Shown here: one piece after another, positions 23,772-31,771 of the stretch
How the letters are laid out: each line of letters begins with the position of its first letter
How positions within the stretch are numbered: position 1 is the stretch's first letter
Source: a virus
Virus record (IMG/VR): IMGVR_UViG_3300045988_087108
Coordinates: 1-36,452 of that record
Strand: one strand, 5' to 3'
DNA: 36,452 nucleotides
The notes under the pieces: generated by a model
Database searches by the model: none
The model's input: the letters and a program-made list of their open reading frames with translations, nothing else
What the model was told of the DNA's origin: nothing
Made by a program: the position numbers and the translations under genes

Positions 23772-23810
23772 GAGACCCTTTTTCTTTTTCTGGTGAGGGT
23801 CTCTTTTTTT
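23772..23810 (+). terminator. Rho-independent terminator at the end of the late operon.
   Basis: gagaccct ...16 nt... agggtctc (8-bp perfect stem) followed by ttttttt. Confidence 0.8.
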
Positions 23811-23875
23811 ATGAGAGTTTTCCACAACTCTAACTGGGGTAAACAGAAAAATATAGAAAAATAAGCATAAAACCA

Positions 23876-23904
23876 TTGACAACGTAAGCACGGTTATGTA
23901 TACT
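23876..23904 (+). promoter_or_regulatory. Early promoter P2 (TTGACA-17-TATACT) with the TAAGCACG spacer element.
   Basis: ttgaca acgtaagcacggttatg tatact. The downstream ttataacataaccatt is shared with P3. Confidence 0.75.
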
Positions 23905-23960
23905 TATAACATAACCATTCGGTTACATATAAACTTAAACTCATACGGAGGATAAACGAA

Positions 23961-24284
23961 ATGACAACGACTAAAAAAATTACTAAACGCGACATTGACA
24001 ACATCCGAGAGTTTGCCCAGAGCGGTTACATCAAAACTGCTTCTGAATGGACTACTGGCTCTGGTCGCTACACCAAACGACGCTCTACACCAATCTTTAC
24101 TAAAGAGTATACTCGTATGGACTTTATGTTGGTGGAGGAGGGCTATACGAAACTCTGGCAACTTACATATCAAGAGCGTATGGCGTACGATTACTTGAAA
24201 AATCACCCTCGCGTGCAACGTGTTTTGGTGATGGATTTTGAGAAAGTTCTAAACGCTCTTCACGGCGTTGAGGTCGAGTGCTAA
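23961..24284 (+). CDS. Hypothetical early protein.
   Basis: ORF with an ACGGAGGA RBS downstream of P2. Confidence 0.6.
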   Translation: MTTTKKITKRDIDNIREFAQSGYIKTASEWTTGSGRYTKRRSTPIFTKEYTRMDFMLVEEGYTKLWQLTYQERMAYDYLKNHPRVQRVLVMDFEKVLNALHGVEVEC

Positions 24285-24330
24285 CAGAACCAACAACTAA
24301 ACTAATAATTAACCTACGGAGAACTTAAAA

Positions 24331-24591
24331 ATGTTTGTAGAGAAATACGAAATCTATCACAATGAAAAGCTAATCAAGACCATCGGTTATGACGAAAAGA
24401 ACCGCCTAGAATCTGTGCTACTCGCTGGCGGTGAGACTATGACAATCGATGGCGTGGAATATAACGCGAGAGACCTTAAAATCAAAGACGCTGGTTATGC
24501 ATACCACAGCAAGACTCCCGACGAACTGGCTGCTGCCTGGAAAGCTAAGAAGAATATCAAACTTGATGAGCTAAAAAAGGAGAATTGTTGA
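24331..24591 (+). CDS. Hypothetical early protein.
   Basis: ORF with an ACGGAGAA RBS. Confidence 0.55.
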   Translation: MFVEKYEIYHNEKLIKTIGYDEKNRLESVLLAGGETMTIDGVEYNARDLKIKDAGYAYHSKTPDELAAAWKAKKNIKLDELKKENC

Positions 24592-24599
24592 AAAAATAG

Positions 24600-24629
24600 T
24601 TGACAACATAAGCACAATTAGATTATACT
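24600..24629 (+). promoter_or_regulatory. Early promoter P3 (TTGACA-18-TATACT) with a TAAGCAC spacer element.
   Basis: ttgaca acataagcacaattagat tatact tataacataaccatt. Confidence 0.7.
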
Positions 24630-24670
24630 TATAACATAACCATTTTAATAACCTGAAAGGGGCAAAGGTA

Positions 24671-24907
24671 ATGAACAATTACTATAACAATCACTCAATA
24701 ACCGAATTAACTCAAGAGGAGCTGTTTGAACTCATCGACATTATACGTGATGAGCTTGAGAACGAGGGCTACAACAGCTTTGTGAGCGCTCCTACGGCTT
24801 TGAAAATAGAAATGCGACAAATCCTCAAAGAAATCAACAGACGCGCTAAAATCGTCTCTGACGGCTTCCTGGACGCTATCACAATCAATCAACTGTTCTT
24901 TGAATAA
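24671..24907 (+). CDS. Hypothetical early protein (acidic).
   Basis: ORF with an AAAGGGG RBS downstream of P3. Confidence 0.55.
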   Translation: MNNYYNNHSITELTQEELFELIDIIRDELENEGYNSFVSAPTALKIEMRQILKEINRRAKIVSDGFLDAITINQLFFE

Positions 24908-24955
24908 AGGGCAAACACTAATCAAATCTCTAATCTAACGTAAAAGGAGAAGAAA

Positions 24956-25255
24956 ATGAGCTACGGTAAAAAAGTCTCGATAAACAAAATTAAAATACGG
25001 GCAGTGGGAGGTCTTAAAAAAGAGGTGCTTGTCAAGCGCGACAAGAGAATAAACTTCAAAGAGCTTTACCAGATACGGTTCTTGTCTAATGGTATCGCAA
25101 TCACTGTCAAAACCGCCTCTGCGAAAAAGGCAAAGGCAATCATCGAAAACAATAAAGACGCGGTGATACATCTTCATTCCGACCGAACTGCCTCGCAACT
25201 GTTCCTTGAGGCTCTGCTGAGACAAGCTCGAGGTGAAGAGGGAGTAATCGGATAA
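24956..25255 (+). CDS. Hypothetical early protein (basic).
   Basis: ORF with an AAAGGAGAAG RBS. Confidence 0.55.
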   Translation: MSYGKKVSINKIKIRAVGGLKKEVLVKRDKRINFKELYQIRFLSNGIAITVKTASAKKAKAIIENNKDAVIHLHSDRTASQLFLEALLRQARGEEGVIG

Positions 25256-25344
25256 ATGAAAACGGTTGATGTGATATCCAAAGTCGAGTTGAGGAAAATG
25301 AAGCTGTCCCGCGCGCCAACCAAAAGCCGTCGCGGAACTGTTCT

Positions 25345-25548
25345 GTGATACTTCCGAGAAACTACACGGTTGACGACTTAATAATCGCTTTACAAGCTGT
25401 CATGATTAACCCAGAATACGTCTATTTCGTGGACAGAAAGGAGAAAACCTACCACTTCATAAACCTAATAAAATCTAAAGAATTGATTGAGAAAGGAGAG
25501 AAGAAATGCAAGAACCAAAATCAGACACGAAACAAGAAAAGTTCGTAA
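25345..25548 (+). CDS. Hypothetical protein (GTG start, weak support).
   Basis: ORF on the coding strand with no clear RBS. It overlaps the next gene by 43 nt. Confidence 0.35.
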   Translation: MILPRNYTVDDLIIALQAVMINPEYVYFVDRKEKTYHFINLIKSKELIEKGEKKCKNQNQTRNKKSS

Positions 25549-25775
25549 ACGCCGTGCTGTCGTCGTGGCGACTACCTTGGTACTTTGACGAGGGAAAGCT
25601 CTATAACAAACTACTCGTGAAATACAGGAATATGGGGCTGTCTGGCGATGAACTGAAAGAAAAAATTGCGGTCAAGCTGGAGGTGAAGCGCAAGAAACAT
25701 GCTTTGGCGAGAATGAACGCTACCACAATCGCTAAAATCGCTGAAAGGATTTACGGCGATGACCAAACTAACTAA
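25506..25775 (+). CDS. Hypothetical protein.
   Basis: ORF with a GAAAGGAGAG RBS. Confidence 0.55.
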   Translation: MQEPKSDTKQEKFVNAVLSSWRLPWYFDEGKLYNKLLVKYRNMGLSGDELKEKIAVKLEVKRKKHALARMNATTIAKIAERIYGDDQTN

Positions 25776-25831
25776 CTTACTAACTAAATTAAAATCATGG
25801 TTCAAGGTTGAACTGGAAAGATTGAAAACAC

Positions 25832-26233
25832 ATGATTGGTAATCTTAGAGGAATGTCCCCAGAAGATATACTGGAACTTTTAACAGGCGGTGAGGACGCT
25901 ATGAAAAAACAGATTCACGCAGAGATTGATTCTATGAGCTGCGCGCAATGTAGCGCTTTGGCTTGCCGTTTCATAGAGGAAATGGAGAAGCTCCAGATTG
26001 GGGATTTTGGTAACACACGCCCTGAGGCATACTTGGTCTTTGATAAAGAGAATGGCGAGGTGAACTCAGACAAAGCACCGCTAATCGATGGTCGTGCGCT
26101 GTGCAAAGACTTCAATCTGTCTAAAAAACAACTGAAGACGGTTTTGGCTGTGGCGATGATGGCTCAAGCAGCAGAGTTCGCAGTTGAGTTCAAAAAGATG
26201 GCTGTTGAAAAGGCTGAAAAGGAGAATAAATAA
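25832..26233 (+). CDS. Hypothetical protein.
   Basis: ORF on the coding strand. The start is uncertain. Confidence 0.5.
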   Translation: MIGNLRGMSPEDILELLTGGEDAMKKQIHAEIDSMSCAQCSALACRFIEEMEKLQIGDFGNTRPEAYLVFDKENGEVNSDKAPLIDGRALCKDFNLSKKQLKTVLAVAMMAQAAEFAVEFKKMAVEKAEKENK

Positions 26234-26234
26234 G

Positions 26235-26483
26235 GTGGCAGGAAACCATACAGGAGGGTTGAAAGCCCGAGACGCGAACTTGAAAAGAAACCCGAACTTC
26301 TACCGTGATATCGGCAGGATTGGGGGCAAACGCGGGAAGACTGGCGGCTTTGCTTCCGAGGCAATCGGCGATGATGGTTTAACTGGACGAGAGAGAGCCA
26401 AAGTTGCTGGTAAAAAGGGCGGTCTTATCAGTAAAAGAGGTAAATCTAAGAAGAACAAGACAGGACAAAAACCGAATGCCTAA
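26235..26483 (+). CDS. KGG-repeat (general-stress-protein-like) small basic protein.
   Basis: GTG start 8 nt after AAGGAG. Repeats NFYRDIGRIGGKRGKTGGF and GRERAKVAGKKGGLISKRG resemble the KGG motif of YciG/GsiB-type stress proteins. Confidence 0.55.
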   Translation: MAGNHTGGLKARDANLKRNPNFYRDIGRIGGKRGKTGGFASEAIGDDGLTGRERAKVAGKKGGLISKRGKSKKNKTGQKPNA

Positions 26484-26790
26484 CGCGGTGAAAGAGCGGT
26501 CTGTCATTTACTTCAAAGCACCTCTGAGAATTGACGGCAGGTTGGTGGTGGCAATCCACCCTCAGAAGCTTGCGCTGGTCAATGAGATACGCATCTTGGC
26601 TTGCCGAAAAGATAACGGCAAGCCGTACTATCCTAACCCGTTGTATATCAGAGGGGAAGACGCTGTTAAATACCCTCTGAGACCCTCTGTGAACCATGAA
26701 GCGGTGTTTCTGTATGAAATACCCATTGACGACTTGAAAGAGCGTCTGGAGGGCTTAGATGAGGTCTCAGAGGGGTTTACAGATGATTAA
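26476..26790 (+). CDS. Hypothetical protein.
   Basis: ATG 26476 overlaps the upstream stop (AATGCCTAA). The longer 26404 form lies entirely inside the KGG gene. Confidence 0.5.
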   Translation: MPNAVKERSVIYFKAPLRIDGRLVVAIHPQKLALVNEIRILACRKDNGKPYYPNPLYIRGEDAVKYPLRPSVNHEAVFLYEIPIDDLKERLEGLDEVSEGFTDD

Positions 26791-26975
26791 GGTGGTGCGC
26801 TTTATGTCATTCTCTGAGTTCTTTGGCTTGATAGAGGGCAGGGAACTGGAGAACACCAAGAACCACAAAGAGGAAGATAAATCTAAGACGGCTTCTGGTC
26901 GATAGAATGGAAAAACCCAGTGGAAATCACCGAGAAAGTGAACAATAAACTGTTAAAGAAAGGGACAGAAAAATA

Positions 26976-27260
26976 ATGGGAATGGGGCTTGACGAAATCT
27001 TGAGAAACGACAAGATGGCTAGAAAATGGCACTGTAAAACTAGGAAATACTATGATTATCTGTTGCCAGCTGGCTCTGTGCTGCTGGTGGAGCTGGACAA
27101 GAAAGTTTCGTGTGCAGAGTGCGGGGTGCAGTTTACTTTTGGCGGCATGTACGCTTCCCGCTTTATCCATAATCATGTCGGTATGGGCTACGCTGTGTGC
27201 GAGAGTTGTTATAACCGCGAATTAGAAGAAGAGGAGAAGTATAAAGATGAGCAAGCGTGA
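26976..27260 (+). CDS. Hypothetical zinc-ribbon-like protein.
   Basis: Cys pairs CAEC ... CESC. Confidence 0.5.
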   Translation: MGMGLDEILRNDKMARKWHCKTRKYYDYLLPAGSVLLVELDKKVSCAECGVQFTFGGMYASRFIHNHVGMGYAVCESCYNRELEEEEKYKDEQA

Positions 27261-27525
27261 TTTGTACATGAAAATCACTAAAGATGGCAGGTTTTGGGTA
27301 GCTGGAAGCGTCGTGAACACTCTTACAGAGGCGTTTGAGAGGTACGACAAGAAGCGAAAAGCTGGCGACCCAGAGGTATATCATCTTGAGGAAGAGCCTG
27401 TCATTCTAGCTGACGTGGAGAACAGTATGGAAGCCTCCGCTGGTGTGAGTGGCACGAAAGAATACATCACAGCATGGATAAAAGAGATATTTAGATTATC
27501 AGAAATGGAGTTGAAGTATGAATAA
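27247..27525 (+). CDS. Hypothetical protein.
   Basis: ORF with a GAGGAG RBS and a short overlap with both neighbours. Confidence 0.5.
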   Translation: MSKRDLYMKITKDGRFWVAGSVVNTLTEAFERYDKKRKAGDPEVYHLEEEPVILADVENSMEASAGVSGTKEYITAWIKEIFRLSEMELKYE

Positions 27526-27766
27526 AACCACTAAACCTGTCCAAAATGACGAAAGCGTGTTCAATCTTCACTATGAAGTGGGCAAGCTGATTGGCAAGAT
27601 TGAGATACTTGAGGACAAAATCAAGACACAAGAGAAAGCTCAAGAGCGTACAGCAGAGAATATCCAAGCTTTGTGCGCAACGATTGAAAACTTGAGCAGA
27701 GCGATTAAAGCTTTGGGAGACTACTGCGACAGGCTTGACAGGCGATTAGAGAGCCACGACATGTGA
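27518..27766 (+). CDS. Hypothetical coiled-coil protein.
   Basis: ORF with a GGAG RBS and heptad-like sequence. Confidence 0.5.
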   Translation: MNKTTKPVQNDESVFNLHYEVGKLIGKIEILEDKIKTQEKAQERTAENIQALCATIENLSRAIKALGDYCDRLDRRLESHDM

Positions 27767-27772
27767 AACTGG

Positions 27773-27839
27773 AAAAATACCCGTCTTTCGCACTAAAACC
27801 CCGCAGAGGGCGTTAGAACGCGAAATAGCGGGTATTTTC
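27773..27839 (+). terminator. Long imperfect hairpin, possibly a terminator, at the end of the P3 transcription unit.
   Basis: aaaaatacccgtctttcgc ... gcgaaatagcgggtatttt: 10-bp and 6-bp helices around a loop of about 28 nt, flanked by A and T tracts. Confidence 0.4.
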
Positions 27840-27978
27840 ATTGGAAGCGATAGGCGTTATAATCAAAGAGCGAATGGACGGTAAAAAGTTGAACGAAATG
27901 AGCTAGTCAGCCAATCTGTTCGCAAAACATCAATTTTTTACAGGCTGGCTGGCTTTTTTCGTGGAATAGGGGAAATCT

Positions 27979-28737
27979 ATGTACGATTTTGAAAATCAAA
28001 GAGTTGTCGAGCCACCTCGGCAGTTTACTGGTGTCTGGATACCAAAAGAGGTCTTGCTAGATGACAGATTGACTGGTGCTGAGAAAATACTATACGCCGA
28101 GATAGCTAGTTTCGGTGATAAAGGCTGCTGGAAAAAATCTGAAGAGCTGATGAAGCTTGCGGGCGTAAGAACCTCTACTTTTCAGGCTTCCTGTCGTAAA
28201 CTGGTGTCTCTTGGCTATATCACTCAAAAACGACAATTCAGCAGAATGGTGCGGTGGTCTAATCTTGGCTTCGGAGCAAGCTGTTCAACGCAGTGTAATT
28301 CACATCAACGTGAAACTCAACGCGTTGCACCCGTTAAAATTCAACGCGATGCACCCGTTAAAATTCAACGCGTTCATAAAGATAACACAAAAGATAACAC
28401 AAAAGATAACACAACTACGGGAGATAAACTCCCGGCGGTTGATGGAAGCTTAAAAAAAGAAAAAGATGATGAAATTGCAAGGCTGTACTACCAAGTAATC
28501 AAAGCTCTGTCATTACCAGTGGCAAATCACAATGTAGTGAGGGCAAAGATAGCCGAGATGAAAAGGACGTACACAGAGCAGGTCTGTATTGATTATTTGA
28601 CGTTTATGCGGGACAGGTACAGCAGCTGGGAAACAAAATACAAGCCACAAGTCAGTAACGCCCTGGACATTTACACGAAATCAAGACAAATCATGAGCAG
28701 GCTTTGGGAAGACAACAAAGAGCAGGAGGTCTTTTGA
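27979..28737 (+). CDS. Replication initiator-like protein (N-terminal winged-helix/HTH) containing the putative origin.
   Basis: N-terminus FTGVWIPKEVLLDDRLTGAEKILYAEIASF...SEELMKLAGVRTSTFQASCRKLVSLGYI is typical of phage replication-initiator HTH domains. The central linker is encoded by iterons, as in the lambda O arrangement. Confidence 0.6.
   Translation: MYDFENQRVVEPPRQFTGVWIPKEVLLDDRLTGAEKILYAEIASFGDKGCWKKSEELMKLAGVRTSTFQASCRKLVSLGYITQKRQFSRMVRWSNLGFGASCSTQCNSHQRETQRVAPVKIQRDAPVKIQRVHKDNTKDNTKDNTTTGDKLPAVDGSLKKEKDDEIARLYYQVIKALSLPVANHNVVRAKIAEMKRTYTEQVCIDYLTFMRDRYSSWETKYKPQVSNALDIYTKSRQIMSRLWEDNKEQEVF
28285..28434 (+). repeat. Iteron array / putative origin of replication inside the initiator gene.
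   Basis: TCAACG at 28285, 28305, 28317, 28341 and 28365. Two 24-bp units tcaacgcgWtgcacccgttaaaat (28317-28364, 1 mismatch). Three 12-bp units gataacacaaaa (28381-28416). Hairpin cgggag-ataaa-ctcccg (28418-28434). Confidence 0.65.
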
Positions 28738-29036
28738 TGTGGCAGATAACCACTCATGACGGCAAGACCTACACCATCACCCAGAAAGACCCAAACCGTA
28801 TCAAAGAGCTAGCAAAAAGACTGGGGCTTGTGCCAGTAACCCTCGCCAACGGCAAAATCGAGTATTTTAGCAAGGGTACAGTTGCGAGAATGTCTCAAGT
28901 AAGCCAACCAGCACAAGAGCGTTTGGCGATTGCAGCAGAGGCACAGGGCGACCGTGCTAGAGTGGACAACGAGGGTTTCCAGAAGTTCCAGCAGAAGAAA
29001 GCAGAGCTTTTTGGCAGTAGACGTAGGACAAGGTGA
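28737..29036 (+). CDS. Hypothetical protein.
   Basis: ATG overlaps the upstream TGA (TGATG). Confidence 0.5.
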   Translation: MWQITTHDGKTYTITQKDPNRIKELAKRLGLVPVTLANGKIEYFSKGTVARMSQVSQPAQERLAIAAEAQGDRARVDNEGFQKFQQKKAELFGSRRRTR

Positions 29037-29041
29037 TGACA

Positions 29042-29070
29042 TTGACAATTTAAGCACGATGGTGTATACT
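29042..29070 (+). promoter_or_regulatory. Promoter P4 (TTGACA-17-TATACT) with the TAAGCACG spacer element.
   Basis: ttgaca atttaagcacgatggtg tatact. The leader aaatcaccagaaaggag is shared with P5. Confidence 0.7.
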
Positions 29071-29112
29071 GATAACGTAATATCAAATCACCAGAAAGGA
29101 GAAATCACCAGA

Positions 29113-29757
29113 ATGGACGTGCAATCATTAGCTAAGTTCGCACCGCAGGGCGCAAGTCCGCAGGCGTGGCTTAAGCTAATCCAAGAGCAGCTGTTCGCGG
29201 GCAAAGGCAAAGACCCAAGCATGGAAGAGATGATTTTCTATGCTCAGACCTGCCAAGCCACGGGGTTGAACCCAGCTCGTAAAGAAATCTACGCCATTTA
29301 CCGAGGCGGGAAACTCACAATTCAGACAGGGATTGACGGAATGCGAGCCGTAGCTGAAAGGTCGGGGAAATACGGAGGCTCAGAATTGCCAAAGTTCGAC
29401 TACGACGCGGGGCTAACCGTTAAAGTCGGGGGCAAAGCCAAGAAAGTGCCAAACACCGCCACGGTAACTGTCATAAAAGTCGTGGACGGTATACCGATTA
29501 AGACCTCACGCTCAGCTCAGTGGGAAGATTATTACCCAGGGGACAGTGCTATAGGGCAAATGTACCGCAAGTTCCCAGAAGTCATGCTAGCGAAATGCGC
29601 CGAGGCTCAAGCCTTGCGGGCAGCGTTTCCAAACCTTGGCAAGGTCTATGAGGAAGCTGAAATCGTGGAGGACTTCACGCCCGCTCAAGCCTCAGATGAG
29701 GACAAAGCGGAGGCGAAAAAAGAGGCAATGGAACGCCTCAAGGAGATGTCAGAATGA
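29113..29757 (+). CDS. recT: RecT/Bet-family single-strand annealing recombinase.
   Basis: IFYAQTCQATGLNPARKEIYAIYRGGKLTIQTGIDGMRAVAERSG...MLAKCAEAQALRAAFP. ATG 29113 follows an AAAGGAG RBS. The 28930 extension would cover promoter P4. Confidence 0.85.
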   Translation: MDVQSLAKFAPQGASPQAWLKLIQEQLFAGKGKDPSMEEMIFYAQTCQATGLNPARKEIYAIYRGGKLTIQTGIDGMRAVAERSGKYGGSELPKFDYDAGLTVKVGGKAKKVPNTATVTVIKVVDGIPIKTSRSAQWEDYYPGDSAIGQMYRKFPEVMLAKCAEAQALRAAFPNLGKVYEEAEIVEDFTPAQASDEDKAEAKKEAMERLKEMSE

Positions 29758-30167
29758 TAATCACAATCGACACAGACGATATCGTCATAACCGCCAAAGA
29801 TGGGGGCAAGTTCGTCTTTGACAAAAACGCTGAGGACAAATTGGCGAAACTGCTTGAAATCAAAGACAAGTTGGATAACGTCATTGAGCAAGTCAAGGGA
29901 AATCTTGAAACTAACGGCTTGAAACTGAACCCAGACTTCTCTGGAGTGCGAGGCGACAAAATCAAAGTGGAGTATCGGGCATTTGGAGCTTTGTACAAGC
30001 TGGTTGACCCAAAGAAAGCCCCGCCAGAGCTTTACAAGACGAAAACGACCTACTCGCTGAATATCGATTTGGTATCAGCCTATGTGGAAAACCACGACGG
30101 GAAGTTGCCAGACGGGATAGAAAAGGTGAAACGCCAAAAGAAAATCAGCATTAGTAAATTGAAGTAG
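29754..30167 (+). CDS. Hypothetical protein in the recombination module.
   Basis: ATGA overlap with recT and an AAGGAG RBS. Confidence 0.55.
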   Translation: MIITIDTDDIVITAKDGGKFVFDKNAEDKLAKLLEIKDKLDNVIEQVKGNLETNGLKLNPDFSGVRGDKIKVEYRAFGALYKLVDPKKAPPELYKTKTTYSLNIDLVSAYVENHDGKLPDGIEKVKRQKKISISKLK

Positions 30168-30175
30168 GAGGGCAG

Positions 30176-30541
30176 ATGAAAGCTACCGTAAAAAGTGAAA
30201 TAGAGCAATGTCTAGAAAACAATTTTAGAGGACTTGCAGCTAGAAAATTAGCTGATTATAATCCTAAAGCGGATGAACCAAACGGGGCAGAGGTCTATGA
30301 AAGGATTAAGAAATCGGCACTTGAAGACATTGAGCAGGTGGTTGACGACTACACAAGAGACTTAAACGACGAGTTGATTGACTTTGCCCTAGAGGTAGTA
30401 TGGCAGTACGGGTATAAGATTGGCGATGGCGTCTATGCTACGGGTGGAATGTCAGCCGTAGAGTCGGCTTTCAGTATCTTGGCGCAAAATAACATGTTAG
30501 ATGAAGACGGGAACTACAACGTTCACACGGCTAGCGTATGA
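30176..30541 (+). CDS. Hypothetical protein.
   Basis: ORF with a GTAGGAGGG RBS. Confidence 0.55.
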   Translation: MKATVKSEIEQCLENNFRGLAARKLADYNPKADEPNGAEVYERIKKSALEDIEQVVDDYTRDLNDELIDFALEVVWQYGYKIGDGVYATGGMSAVESAFSILAQNNMLDEDGNYNVHTASV

Positions 30542-31077
30542 ACATTAAACTTAGTTACTCACTTATTAGCTGGTGGCTCGCAGGAGACTACGAGGGCGTC
30601 TTCAAAGCCCTAAAGGGAGACTGGGGAGAAACCAGCGAGGCAGCTCAGTTCGGCATCGACAAGCACAAAGAATGGGAGCAAGAGGTCAGAGACACAGGAT
30701 GTTTACCGAAAATATTCGGAGGCGAGCCTTTGGAAAGATGGGGTACTGAACTCACAAGAGAGTTAGAACTCGCCGATTGGCTAAAGCTGAAAGGTCGGGT
30801 TGACCTCTGCCATTTTGTGGATGGGGAAATGCACCTGGTAGATTTCAAGACGGGGAGAACGCCATTATCTACATATGCGAACGGAATTCAACACAAGATT
30901 TATAAAGTTCTATTCCCAGAAGCTCAAGTGTTTGACTATATGCAATTCAACCAACATACTCAAGAAGTCGATTTTCAACGCGTGCATCTATCACCAAAGA
31001 TGTACGAGGAAGCAGTCGATTTAATAATAACGGTAGGTTGTGATATCAGAGCCACCTTAGAAAGCATGGGAGAATAG
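30538..31077 (+). CDS. PD-(D/E)XK superfamily nuclease (RecB/Cas4-like exonuclease), likely partner of RecT.
   Basis: GRVDLCHF...MHLVDFKTGR...QHKIY matches the D...(D/E)XK...QxxxY motif order. Confidence 0.7.
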   Translation: MNIKLSYSLISWWLAGDYEGVFKALKGDWGETSEAAQFGIDKHKEWEQEVRDTGCLPKIFGGEPLERWGTELTRELELADWLKLKGRVDLCHFVDGEMHLVDFKTGRTPLSTYANGIQHKIYKVLFPEAQVFDYMQFNQHTQEVDFQRVHLSPKMYEEAVDLIITVGCDIRATLESMGE

Positions 31078-31078
31078 A

Positions 31079-31258
31079 ATGGAAACGCCTAGAGAAACAC
31101 TAGACGAGCAGCGAGAGCGCCGACAGTTCGAGATACTGGAGACGTTTGACGACAAAACTCTAGCAGAGATGAAGAGAGGGGCTTTAGATAGCTACTCAGA
31201 ATTAGAAAAACTCATCTTGGCTATATCACGTATCCAAGAGGAGCGCGGGCAGCCTTAG
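31079..31258 (+). CDS. Small hypothetical protein (59 aa), absent from the ORF track.
   Basis: ATG after GGGAGAA. Translates to METPRETLDEQRERRQFEILETFDDKTLAEMKRGALDSYSELEKLILAISRIQEERGQP. Confidence 0.5.
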   Translation: METPRETLDEQRERRQFEILETFDDKTLAEMKRGALDSYSELEKLILAISRIQEERGQP

Positions 31259-31344
31259 GCTTAAGTGGTAAGACGTTTACGATTAGCGTTGTAGATACAA
31301 ATGCTTATCAACTTGAGGGCTATAACTTTTGGTGGACGGACGAA

Positions 31345-31632
31345 ATGCTAGAGCCTGTTGAGAAAACTTTAGATGATTTTTCTGTTGGTGATTTTTTGAA
31401 GGATGTCGTTGGTACAAGAAAGATTTTAGCGAAGTTAGGGGATTGTTGTCTGTTAAGTAATTATGGAGAATATACCAAGGCAAACTCTTGGTATACAGCC
31501 CATGACCTTAAAAGACTTGGCTATAGTTTTGTCAAGCTAGACACTCCAGAGCCTACCATCGAAATAGATGGCAAAAAATACAAAAAGTCTGATGTTGAGA
31601 AAGCTATTAAAGATTTGGAGGCTGTTGAATAG
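31345..31632 (+). CDS. Hypothetical protein. The N-terminus is uncertain.
   Basis: ORF from the track. The same frame is open from 31192, but there is no canonical start before 31345. Confidence 0.45.
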   Translation: MLEPVEKTLDDFSVGDFLKDVVGTRKILAKLGDCCLLSNYGEYTKANSWYTAHDLKRLGYSFVKLDTPEPTIEIDGKKYKKSDVEKAIKDLEAVE

Positions 31633-31771
31633 GTAAAAGTCATTAACCAACGACCTACCACACGTCAATAAACTGGGCAAAATTAAACTAATCGGGTACA
31701 AATCGTACCCTGTAGAAAACCATTTCCGACAAGTGTCGAAATTGGTTTAGAAGAAAGGAAAAGGAAGAAGC

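Noticed and set aside
25256-25348. Mini-ORFs of about 30-33 codons filling small gaps (25256-25348 MKTVDVISKVELRKMKLSRAPTKSRRGTVL, and 26804-26905).
   Set aside because: They are too short, with weak or absent RBSs. They cannot be distinguished from chance from sequence alone.
28317-28416. Short tandem repeats that could be mistaken for a CRISPR-like array.
   Set aside because: The units are contiguous (24 bp x2, 12 bp x3) with no spacers and lie inside a coding region. This is the iteron pattern of a replication origin.
28930-29112. N-terminal extension of the RecT ORF (track start 28930).
   Set aside because: The extension covers promoter P4 and its leader and overlaps the previous gene. 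ATG 29113 has an AAAGGAG RBS, and the RecT homology begins there.
31192-31344. The open frame upstream of 31345 reads like real protein (..KTFTISVVDTNAYQLEGYNFWWTDE). Possible extension of the ORF, or a frameshift fusion with 31079-31258.
   Set aside because: There is no ATG, GTG or TTG in that frame between the stop at 31189 and 31345, and I found no convincing slippery site. I kept the conservative 31345 start. Worth rechecking with proteomics.
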